Below are positions 1-7,717 of a stretch of DNA of 64,000 nt, piece by piece; position 1 is the stretch's first letter; each line of letters opens with the position of its first letter. Origin of the DNA: a bacterium (lineage in GTDB: Bacteria; Patescibacteriota; Microgenomatia; JAMCZE01); the NCBI GenBank assembly GCA_021836035.1, contig JAKBJL010000001.1, positions 44,370 through 108,369 on the forward strand. The letters run 5' to 3'. The position numbers and the translations under genes were made by a program. The notes under the pieces are model-generated. The model was given only the letters and a program-made list of their open reading frames with translations. It was not told where the DNA came from and ran no database searches.

Positions 1-21
1 TAAAAATGCTATACTTTTAAT

Positions 22-1581
22 ATGGCCGCAGACCCTTCGGAAATGCAACATAAGGTTTTGGAGAACGATGCTTTCCGAGCGGCAAGAGTTAGGATTGAAA
101 AGTCCCACCGAATTAAGGAAGATCTCAAACCTTCCAACGGGAATCCGTATGACCGAGAGAGAGTACAAGAACTAAGAAACATTGAAATGCGATCGGAACA
201 AGGGCAGGCGGGCAAGGAAAGTGGCCTGGAAGAGTTAGTTTTGGACACCAGAGGTTACCAAGAACACCGCCTGACTCAGAAATACCTCTCTCCGGACGGT
301 AAATCGGAAATCTCCGAGCAATTAGTTTTCTTTGTAAAAATGAGCGACAAAGGACAACCAGAATGGTTAAGAGATTCCTCCGGGAATGTCCTTGCTCTAA
401 ATGGCGAGCTTTATGATTCCAGATTAAGTAGTCAAAAGCGTGCCCAGGGGTCGGATTATGATTCAAAAGTTATACTAAGAGTTGATGGACGCGGTGCTTA
501 TACGGGAGTAGTGACTCTCATCGAACCAAAGTCAACTTCTCAGACTCAGGGCGAGGCTAAGGGGCAAATCGCCGGGGAACCTTCGGTTGCGGCAACTCCT
601 GAAAAACCAGCGGAACAACAAACCAGAACTATAGATCAGCTAACCCAGATCCCTCTCGAAAAGATTGGAAATAGTTTCAGGTTAAATGAGGCAAACCCAC
701 CAAAACCAGATACTTTGTTAGCTCCGCTAATGGGAAATATGTACGGCGAGGATGACACGCCAACGCTTGCCGGTAAGGCTATCGCCAGCGTTTACGAACA
801 GCTTGTAGAAAGGCCAGGATATGTCAGAAGTAAAAGTGCTCAAGAAGCCCAAGCGATCATTGCCCAAGATAAATTATCCAGGGAACGATTCACCGACTAT
901 GTAAAGGCAAAGTTAACTGAGAGATGGCAAAACGGCAATCAAAGTGTAACATTCTCCTCTGAGCACGAGAGCGGCAGAGATGAATTCCATTTTAATGGCG
1001 AGGGTTGGGCTACCAAAGATCACGAACTTTACTTTAATAAATCGCATGCTAACTGGAAAAATCCCAACGAACCCGAAGTCAGGGCCTATCTTACCCTATC
1101 ACCTAAAGAGCGAGATCTGGTTCAAGAATATTTTGTCGATTTGGCGCTTCAGCTATATGATTCTGGGATTGATTTTTCCGCAAAATCCTCTGGTGCTGCG
1201 GGCTTAGCTCACAGAACAGATAACATGGTTTTCTATATTGCCGCTTCTGAGCAGGCAGGGGCTTCGGAAATAATCAAAAAATATATGACTGATAGAAATA
1301 TAGGCCAGGGCCACGTCATGGCTGCAATCCCAAGCCCACAAGAAGGCCTGTCCTGGGCAATGGAACCCAATGGGGCGCAAGATAAAGTTTGGCAAGAAGT
1401 AACGGGTTCTTCAAAAACTGCAAGCTTCAATGGTTTAGTAACGGCTTATGCAATTCCTACCTATCTTGAGCGGCTGGCTTTAGCAAATCTAAGGAAAAGC
1501 GATACTGTTGCTTCTGAAACTTTCAAGAAAGAGGCAAGCAGAGTGAGACAAATACTTTACCGACCGCCCGCACAACCATAA
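22..1581 (+). CDS. hypothetical protein (519 aa), no family recognised; C-terminal about 120 aa globular region
   Basis: Long uninterrupted ORF with protein-like composition. ATG at 22, just inside the window edge. Followed by an intrinsic terminator. Confidence 0.55.
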   Translation: MAADPSEMQHKVLENDAFRAARVRIEKSHRIKEDLKPSNGNPYDRERVQELRNIEMRSEQGQAGKESGLEELVLDTRGYQEHRLTQKYLSPDGKSEISEQLVFFVKMSDKGQPEWLRDSSGNVLALNGELYDSRLSSQKRAQGSDYDSKVILRVDGRGAYTGVVTLIEPKSTSQTQGEAKGQIAGEPSVAATPEKPAEQQTRTIDQLTQIPLEKIGNSFRLNEANPPKPDTLLAPLMGNMYGEDDTPTLAGKAIASVYEQLVERPGYVRSKSAQEAQAIIAQDKLSRERFTDYVKAKLTERWQNGNQSVTFSSEHESGRDEFHFNGEGWATKDHELYFNKSHANWKNPNEPEVRAYLTLSPKERDLVQEYFVDLALQLYDSGIDFSAKSSGAAGLAHRTDNMVFYIAASEQAGASEIIKKYMTDRNIGQGHVMAAIPSPQEGLSWAMEPNGAQDKVWQEVTGSSKTASFNGLVTAYAIPTYLERLALANLRKSDTVASETFKKEASRVRQILYRPPAQP

Positions 1582-1685
1582 TGACACCCTCAGTTTTTAG
1601 TTGACTTTTGTGCTGATATAACAATTGCCTGCGGCTCGCAAGGGTTGTGCGACTAAAACCTAAGCTGCAAGCAGGTACTTTTTAT

Positions 1686-1705
1686 TTGACGAAAATTGGT
1701 ATAAT
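1686..1705 (+). promoter_or_regulatory. putative promoter with extended -10 (TGGTATAAT), weak TTGACG 8 nt upstream
   Basis: TTGGTATAAT at 1696-1705. The identical 10-mer recurs upstream of trxB. No ORF downstream. Confidence 0.3.
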
Positions 1706-1711
1706 TCGGTT

Positions 1712-1810
1712 GCTCGAAAACACTCCGTAAGAACGCTTTCTCGAAAGAGCTGGAGACAGCCGGCCGCTTAAAAATGCTGGGTAACCAAGCCGTTGGCAGC
1801 TTGGTTTTTT
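1712..1810 (+). ncRNA. candidate small RNA (about 100 nt) between the extended -10 promoter and an intrinsic terminator
   Basis: Promoter-like element, then about 70 nt containing repeated CTCGAAA motifs, then hairpin AACCAAGC-CGTTGGCA-GCTTGGTT followed by a 6-T run. No ORF over 20 aa. Confidence 0.25.
1783..1810 (+). terminator. rho-independent terminator (8-bp stem plus T6)
   Basis: AACCAAGC CGTTGGCA GCTTGGTT TTTTTT, read directly. Confidence 0.5.
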
Positions 1811-1893
1811 AATGACTAAACCCCGGAGACGACTTGCTTAAGATTTACCATTGCTTCTACCGTGCGCTTTTGGTTTGCCGTTTGACGGCAAAG

Positions 1894-1956
1894 AATTTGG
1901 AACCACCCAAACGGCCCTTTGTGTCGAGAAGAGATGGCAAGCTGCGGTTCCAAATT
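1894..1956. repeat. perfect 11-bp inverted repeat AATTTGGAACC ... GGTTCCAAATT enclosing about 41 nt; adjacent 8-bp hairpin at 1873-1892
   Basis: Read directly. Lies in a roughly 1.2 kb stretch (1582-2773) with no convincing CDS. Confidence 0.5.
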
Positions 1957-2773
1957 ATACGATGGTGGACCTGAGCGGAATTGGACCGCTTACTTGACTA
2001 TGCCATAGTCACGTGATGCCGGTTCACCACAGGCCCAAGATTGGCTGGTCAAATTATAAACTAGGTTGGCCAAGCTTTCCAGCTCTAGCTGTACCTTAGT
2101 ATCGAAATAATCTAACCCTGATACTCCTTTATAATTCGCCCCCTTTGTAAGTCTTACTGCAACTCTTGGGCCTATTCGGGCTTTATAAAACAAACGTTCC
2201 GGAATACCAGTTATTTTTTGCCAATAACGGTTTAATTCGTAAATATTTTGACCAGTTCTGCGTGGACCGTGCGCCTTGCCTTAGAGATGCGAAAACTGGA
2301 ACACCTTCTCAACATGATGATTATACGCGGACCAGAGCTACCTAAGGTAAAAGCGTCCGAGCGGCCTGAGTACTCGGAGGCTTCTCCTCTGCAAAGCCTG
2401 GCCGGGGCAATCTTTGCCGCTTCTTTGTTGTTAACCTTTCTAGCTACCGGAAAATTGAGTTTATTAAGATTCTGAAGAAACATTTCCCGTCTCGTTTTAT
2501 TATCATTAAGAGCAATCGGTCGGCCTTTACTTAAATTGCTTGTCTTAAGGGTGGCAATTTTTTGAGAATATTCTGCGGAGAGAGAAACGCCTTTGGTAAG
2601 ACACGACAAGCTACTTTCGGGCGGGGACAATTGTAAGGCTAATTTAATCTCACTATCTGTTTTACCCAGCGCTCTTGGTTTATGAATTTGGGTAATAGTC
2701 TTTTGAGAGTATTCCCTATCTACAAAATTACTATACCCCCCGGTAAACTCCGTGTGCAAATAGGATAAAAAGG

Positions 2774-3439
2774 CTACTTTTTCGGCCAAATAGCAGCTGC
2801 CGGACGATAAATCTTGGTTAAGGGATGGTTTGCACAGTCATGCGGCCGGGCCGGGCATATTTGCCTTCCGTACTCAATTAGCCAATAGGTCCATTTAAAC
2901 CAAAGCTCTTGCGGGACAATTTGCATCAGATCTTGCTCAATTTTTGCGGGATCGCCGGAATCTGTAAGATCAAATTTTAAGGATAAGCGCCGGACATGGG
3001 TATCGACCGCAATGCCCTCGACTACCCCGTAAGCGTTTCCCAAAACCACGTTGGCCGTTTTGCGGGCAACTCCGGGGAGAGTGAGCATCTCGGCCATGGT
3101 CCGCGGCAGTTCTCCGCCATACTTTTCCTTTAGTGCCTTTGCCGCCCCCAAAATGCTCTTAGCTTTGTTATTAAAGAAGCCCGTGGATTTAATATCCTCA
3201 GAGAATAGCTTCAAATCAGCTCTAACATAATCATCCAGGGTCGGATATTTTCTAAAAAGCCCTTTCGTAACCTCGTTGACCTTTTTATCGGTGCATTGCG
3301 CGGAGAGGATAACTGCGACCAGAAGCTCCCAATTATTGCCATAATTTAAAACGATTTTAGCGTCGGGAAAAAGTTTCTGTAGGATCGGGGTCATCTTCCC
3401 GATCCGTTCCTTCCTCGCCCGAAGCTTTCCGGGTGTCAT
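2774..3439 (-). CDS. nth: endonuclease III (Nth, HhH-GPD DNA glycosylase) with degenerate Fe-S motif
   Basis: Aligns to E. coli Nth over LLVAVILSAQCTD, LPGVARKTANVV and VDTHV. C-terminus reads C-X6-C-X2-H-X5-Y instead of the four-Cys motif. Start chosen at MTPGKLRARKERIG, because the ORF-track N-terminus overlaps tRNA-Ala. Confidence 0.8.
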   Translation of the reverse strand: MTPGKLRARKERIGKMTPILQKLFPDAKIVLNYGNNWELLVAVILSAQCTDKKVNEVTKGLFRKYPTLDDYVRADLKLFSEDIKSTGFFNNKAKSILGAAKALKEKYGGELPRTMAEMLTLPGVARKTANVVLGNAYGVVEGIAVDTHVRRLSLKFDLTDSGDPAKIEQDLMQIVPQELWFKWTYWLIEYGRQICPARPHDCANHPLTKIYRPAAAIWPKK

Positions 3440-3531
3440 TATTGGTATAATAACAGAGAAATCTTCCCGGTCCCATAGGCAAAGGGCGGATTTACCTACC
3501 GAAGCTTTCGCGAAGGTAGGCCGCGTTGGCC

Positions 3532-3602
3532 GGGCCGTTAGCACAGCGGTAATGCACCGCATTCGCATTGCGGGGACGGGGGTTCGATTCCCCCACGGTC
3601 CA
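3532..3602 (+). tRNA. tRNA-Ala (anticodon CGC)
   Basis: Manual fold gives a 7-bp acceptor stem with the G3:U70 Ala identity pair and D-loop GG. Anticodon stem CCGCA/TGCGG with loop TTCGCAT. T-arm GGGGG-TTCGATT-CCCCC, discriminator A. CCA is not encoded. Confidence 0.75.
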
Positions 3603-3621
3603 CAGTTCAATTTTCAAACCC

Positions 3622-3780
3622 CCAAAAAGGGTAACAACCGCTGGGGGCCCAAAAGCGTTGCGCGGCCCCTCTCTTTTAAATAACCAGAGGAAAAATAGAA
3701 AAAGGGTGAGCTCCTGAAGCGATACCGTCGTCATAGCGAAGCCAGCGTTTTGGGAATGGGTGGCTGGGACCCTTGCCTTG
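3622..3780 (+). repeat. MITE-like intergenic repeat, copy A (divergent subtype shared with copy C)
   Basis: Begins AAAAGGGTAACAACCGCTGGGGGCCC and ends GGGTGGCTGGGACCCTTGCC. Positions 3644-3774 are nearly identical to 7567-7696. Confidence 0.7.
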
Positions 3781-3783
3781 ATA

Positions 3784-4860
3784 TTACTTCAGAAACAAGA
3801 GCGGATTGACGGCGCTACCCCCGCTGTAGACGGTGAAATGAAGGTGCGGACCGGTAGATCTCCCCGTAGAACCCATCTTCCCCAGAATTTCCCCGCGTCC
3901 CAGGTTATCACCGATATTGACAAAGATTTGAGAAAGATGCCCGTAGAGCGTCCGTAATCCGTTGCCATGGTCAATAATCACATGATAGCCATAATCATGA
4001 TTGTCATAAAGAACCGTCACCACCCGCCCGGCGTCCGCGGCTCGTACCGGCGTACCGATGCCATTGGCAATATCCGTGCCGTTATGGTACCAGGAAAAAT
4101 ATTGGGTGATAATCCCGTTGGTCGGCCAGACTAAAGTTCCGCTGCCGTGGGCAAAAAGGCCTACACTGGGGGTTGAACGTACCGGAGGCGGGGCAGCCAC
4201 TTCCGGAGGAACACCTCCCGGAATAACCAAATCCTGACCGGCTGCCAGGGTAAACTTCTCATCATCAACAAAATTGTTATACGGCCAGTCAATAATCGGC
4301 TGGGAGCTGGGCAAGCCGTATTTTTTCGCCAGGGAATAGATCGTGTCCCCGCTCTTAACCTTAAGGATAACCCCGGAAACCGGCGGAATTTTAATCTTGT
4401 CCCCCGGATGCAGATTATTAATGGAAATGTCAGAATTTAAATATTTGATCGAGTCCACATCAACCCCGAATTTTTTGGCAATAGCGGAAAGTGTATCCCC
4501 GCCCCGGACTTCGTATTCTTCCACATCCCGGCGGGGCTTCTCTGACTCAATGGTGGTAGTCGAGATGGTGGCGGCCGTCACCGTATTCAGTACTTCGGAG
4601 GGCGAAGCCGTCTCGCTACCGCCCGTTGCTTTGGTCGGGTAACGGTTATATAGAATCGGGGCCAAAACCATCGCCAAAACCAGAAGCGAGACCATCCCTA
4701 AATGCAAAAAGGGACGCTGATAAGCGCCCCTTCTGACGATTAATTTGGCTACCAAACGACCTTTACCGGCGTCAAATAAACTCCCCAGGATTCGCCCCTT
4801 CTTCGTAGCGTACCAGCCGATAAACCTCAGGCACTCCGCAATTTCCATATTAACCGACAT
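3784..4860 (-). CDS. LysM-domain M23 family metallopeptidase (peptidoglycan endopeptidase)
   Basis: Two LysM repeats (GDTLSAIAKKFGV, GDTIYSLAKKYGL). M23 motifs HNGTDIA and GSTGRSTGPHLHF. N-terminal TM anchor. Confidence 0.85.
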   Translation of the reverse strand: MSVNMEIAECLRFIGWYATKKGRILGSLFDAGKGRLVAKLIVRRGAYQRPFLHLGMVSLLVLAMVLAPILYNRYPTKATGGSETASPSEVLNTVTAATISTTTIESEKPRRDVEEYEVRGGDTLSAIAKKFGVDVDSIKYLNSDISINNLHPGDKIKIPPVSGVILKVKSGDTIYSLAKKYGLPSSQPIIDWPYNNFVDDEKFTLAAGQDLVIPGGVPPEVAAPPPVRSTPSVGLFAHGSGTLVWPTNGIITQYFSWYHNGTDIANGIGTPVRAADAGRVVTVLYDNHDYGYHVIIDHGNGLRTLYGHLSQIFVNIGDNLGRGEILGKMGSTGRSTGPHLHFTVYSGGSAVNPLLFLK

Positions 4861-4871
4861 GTGGTGCTTAG

Positions 4872-4900
4872 ACTTTACCCTGTGAAAATATCGCTGTCAA
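4872..4900 (-). promoter_or_regulatory. sigma70-like promoter for the M23 peptidase gene (TTGACA-17 nt-TAAAGT), near-leaderless
   Basis: Minus strand reads TTGACAGCGATATTTTCACAGGGTAAAGT. The -10 ends about 12 nt before the ATG at 4860. Confidence 0.4.
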
Positions 4901-4952
4901 GGAAGTCACAATAGCATCAAAAGGCATCATTTATCGATTGCGAATCTTTGGT

Positions 4953-5125
4953 TTAAAAAGGGTGGTAACTTACGGTGCGTGGCTTCTGGCAACACAAAAG
5001 CGTACGAACCCTCTCCCTTTTTGTTAAATCTGTTAAATTTACCAAGATATAGATACAAGAAACAAGACGCCAGGGGTGTATGGGAGTTAGCTTATCGGGG
5101 CTGCGGGTTGCCAGGGTCCTTGCCT
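4953..5125 (+). repeat. MITE-like intergenic repeat, copy B
   Basis: TTTAAAAAGGGTGGTAACTTACGG ... ACACAAAAGCGTACGAACCC ... GGGGCTGCGGGTTGCCAGGGTCC. Flanked by TTTAAAAA on the left and TTAAAAA on the right. Confidence 0.7.
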
Positions 5126-5133
5126 TAAAAAGG

Positions 5134-6561
5134 CTATCCGACTTTTAAACTTTTGAGGAAATCGGCATTGCTTTCTGTCTTCTCTAGCCGCCCGATCAGA
5201 GCTTCTGTCCGCTCTCCTTCCGTAAGCATGTCCAGCATGCGGACTAAAAGTTTGCGGGTAGCCATCTCTTCTTCCGTAAAAAGCCGCTCATCGTTTCTGG
5301 TACCGCTCTGGGCAACATCGATTGCCGGGTAAATCCTCCGCTCGGCCAGTTTCCGATCCAGGTGCAATTCCATATTGCCTGTGCCCTTGAATTCCTCATA
5401 AATTAAATCATCCATCCGGGAGTCGGTACTTACTAAAGCGGTGCCGATAATCGTCAAGCTGCCGCCGTCTTCCACACACCGGGCCGCGCCCAGGAACCTC
5501 TTAGCCGGATAAAGCGCCGTCGGATCAAATCCGCCGGAAAGGGTCCGCCCCGAAGAAGGCATAGCCAGGTTATAAGCCCGGGCAAGACGGGTAATCGAGT
5601 CCAACAGCATGACCACGTTTCTCCCGATCTCCACCAGGCGTTTAGCTCTTTCTATAGCGACTTCTGCCGCCCGGATTTGGGTTTGCGGCGGATCATCAAA
5701 ATTGGAAGCAATTACTTCGGCCTTTGTGCTCCGGCTGATATCCGTGACTTCCTCGGGTCTTTCCCCCACCAAAGCGATAATCAGGTGATAATCAGGATAA
5801 TTGGTAGTTATCGCGTTTGCGATCTCTTTTAGGAGCCAGGTCTTACCCGCTTTGGGTGGCGAAACAATCATCCCCCGTTGCCCGCGGCCGATCGGGGCTA
5901 TCAGATCAATAATACGAGTGCTAAGTGGTGTTTTTCCCGTCTCCAGGCGCAATTGCTTATCGGGGTAGATCGGCACCAGCTCGTCAAACCAGGGACGGGT
6001 TAAGGCCTGATCCGCGTCCACTCCGTTAACCTTATCAACACGCAGCAATCCGTAATATCTTTCCGTCTCTTTTGGGGCTCTTCCCAACCCCAAGACAAAA
6101 TCGCCGGGGCGCAAACTAAAGCGCCGGATCTGCGAACTACTGATATAAACATCCCGCTCCGAGGGCACGAATTTTGGCCGCAAAAAGCCGTGTCCTTCCG
6201 GCTGGATATCCAATACCCCGGAAAGTTCCATCGTCGGGACTCCGGCTTCGATATCGTTAAGCGGCCGGCTATAAACTTGCCCCGGGCCCGCGGAAGGACC
6301 TTGCCTTGGACTTGCTCCGGTTTGATCGGGGCTTGCCGAAGGAGCTTGTCCTGAGCCCACCGAAGGAATTGGGGCTTCAGCTTGCGCTAACGGCCTTAAC
6401 GGTTCTGCCGGAGCGACGGTTGCTGAATTGGGATTGGCAGCGGGAGTACCAACCAGGTCCTGAACACTAACCGGACCGCCGCTTCTCCCCGAAAGACGGG
6501 AAGGACGGCGGCTGGTGCCTGTTCGGCTACTTCTGAAACTACCTGTGTATTTTAGAGGCAT
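5134..6561 (-). CDS. rho: transcription termination factor Rho
   Basis: Low-complexity N-terminal extension, RNA-binding region (GVLDIQPEGHGFLR), Walker A GQRGMIVSPPKAGKT, and a conserved C-terminal ATPase. Confidence 0.9.
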   Translation of the reverse strand: MPLKYTGSFRSSRTGTSRRPSRLSGRSGGPVSVQDLVGTPAANPNSATVAPAEPLRPLAQAEAPIPSVGSGQAPSASPDQTGASPRQGPSAGPGQVYSRPLNDIEAGVPTMELSGVLDIQPEGHGFLRPKFVPSERDVYISSSQIRRFSLRPGDFVLGLGRAPKETERYYGLLRVDKVNGVDADQALTRPWFDELVPIYPDKQLRLETGKTPLSTRIIDLIAPIGRGQRGMIVSPPKAGKTWLLKEIANAITTNYPDYHLIIALVGERPEEVTDISRSTKAEVIASNFDDPPQTQIRAAEVAIERAKRLVEIGRNVVMLLDSITRLARAYNLAMPSSGRTLSGGFDPTALYPAKRFLGAARCVEDGGSLTIIGTALVSTDSRMDDLIYEEFKGTGNMELHLDRKLAERRIYPAIDVAQSGTRNDERLFTEEEMATRKLLVRMLDMLTEGERTEALIGRLEKTESNADFLKSLKVG

Positions 6562-6860
6562 ACCATTACTTTATGGGCTGGAAAATTCGTGAATAGATTC
6601 AAAAATTGGGGAAACCTCTTGTGAGAAACCAACTATATCTTATCCCAATCCCGTCTGTTGTCAAGTATGAACCCTGTCTCTATAGTTTTATGGAGATCCG
6701 GAAGCCTGCCCTACTCCCGGAACTCCATAAAGCTATCGAGATTCCACGGTTCTGACAATATTTTTTCACGCGCCTCTTGACAGGCGTGATCTATTCTGTT
6801 ACCACTATTGTTAGGTTATTGGTTTTGTCCTTTACTGCCTAAAGGTCAAAATCGGACCAA

Positions 6861-6908
6861 AAGCATCACTTTTCGAGTTCAGGCTGCGGAAGTGATGCTT
6901 TTCTTTTG
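6861..6908. terminator. 11-bp stem hairpin (AAGCATCACTT...AAGTGATGCTT) followed by TTCTTTT; strand assignment ambiguous
   Basis: Read directly. Lies in the long intergenic region upstream of rho, with no + strand gene upstream. Confidence 0.3.
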
Positions 6909-7125
6909 ATCCTAATAATATTTTCACCTAACCTACTAATTCCCTAAACCGTTGTCGTTGAAATAATATCTCTTCCGTTATCGGCGATAGCTTTCATAAC
7001 CTGGTGGCTGAATGAGGAGGTCCCCGTTTGGTTTTTCCCGACGGCAAGTCTTCTGCCGCTGTAGGTTTTTAATCTTCTGAGCATTTTCTTCCAAATATTA
7101 GCACGGTATGACATAGATATATATA

Positions 7126-7353
7126 CTACTTTATAATGCTACCCGCTTTGATAGATACCGCTGCCAGAGCTAGTACCGCCCCGCTAGCGATATCCTGGTT
7201 CCCGTTAACAAAAAGCAAATCGTTAATAGCCAGGGCAGCCAAAACTGTTCCGCCGGTAAATAACAAATATTTCAAAGACATTTTGTCGTGCTTTGTTTTT
7301 ACCTCGTCTGGCAATGTCATCCATCTTGATATTTCTGGTGCTGCGGCAGTCAT
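7126..7353 (-). CDS. small hypothetical membrane protein (75 aa, 2 predicted TM)
   Basis: Two hydrophobic helices. TTGACA-type promoter-like sequence upstream on the minus strand. An overlapping + ORF has no such support. Confidence 0.35.
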   Translation of the reverse strand: MTAAAPEISRWMTLPDEVKTKHDKMSLKYLLFTGGTVLAALAINDLLFVNGNQDIASGAVLALAAVSIKAGSIIK

Positions 7354-7549
7354 ATTTAGGCTTCTATATTAGCTATAACACCAGAGCCACTTCTTGTCAA
7401 GTCCGATAGTAAATATCATCCTGTATTATTATATATCCGATAGTTATTATAAAGAGGAGAAGGGCATAATAACGCCCAATTTCTAATATCAAGTTCCTAA
7501 TTTCTAATTGTGGACAAGTTGGGGATATACTTCTCTCTTTAGTTTTAAG

Positions 7550-7700
7550 GGGTTAACAGCCGCCGGGGGCCCAAAAGCGTTGCGCGGCCCCTCTCTTTTA
7601 AATAACCAGAGGAAAAATAGAAAAAGGGTGAGCTCCTGAAGCGATACCGTCGTCATAGCGAAGCCAGCGTTTTGGGAATGGGTGGCTGGGACCCTTAAAA
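7550..7700 (+). repeat. MITE-like intergenic repeat, copy C (near-identical to copy A)
   Basis: 7567-7696 matches 3644-3774 almost base for base. Confidence 0.7.
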
Positions 7701-7717
7701 TAAAATAGGGAGTTTAA

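Noticed and set aside
125-466. Antisense or overlapping ORFs inside long genes (for example 125-466, 19816-20343, 23928-24434, 30413-30961, 42163-42898, 44611-45387).
   Set aside because: Each is embedded opposite a gene with clear homology (hypothetical 519-aa protein, ligase, recF, ftsH, ATPase, IMPDH). No independent support.
1990-2789. Minus-strand ORFs of 67 and 185 aa were considered as a homing endonuclease (LAGLIDADG-like AFLSYLHTEFTGG) or as evidence that nth is disrupted by an insertion.
   Set aside because: No acidic LAGLIDADG core, no second motif, and odd Lys/Arg/Ser-rich composition. The Nth C-terminus keeps correct spacing with His/Tyr substitutions, so nth is not interrupted. 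Treated as non-coding.
3492-3734. Minus-strand ORFs overlapping tRNA-Ala and MITE copy A, including the extended N-terminus of the nth track ORF.
   Set aside because: They overlap a well-folded tRNA and a repeat element. The Nth homology begins only at the internal Met (3439).
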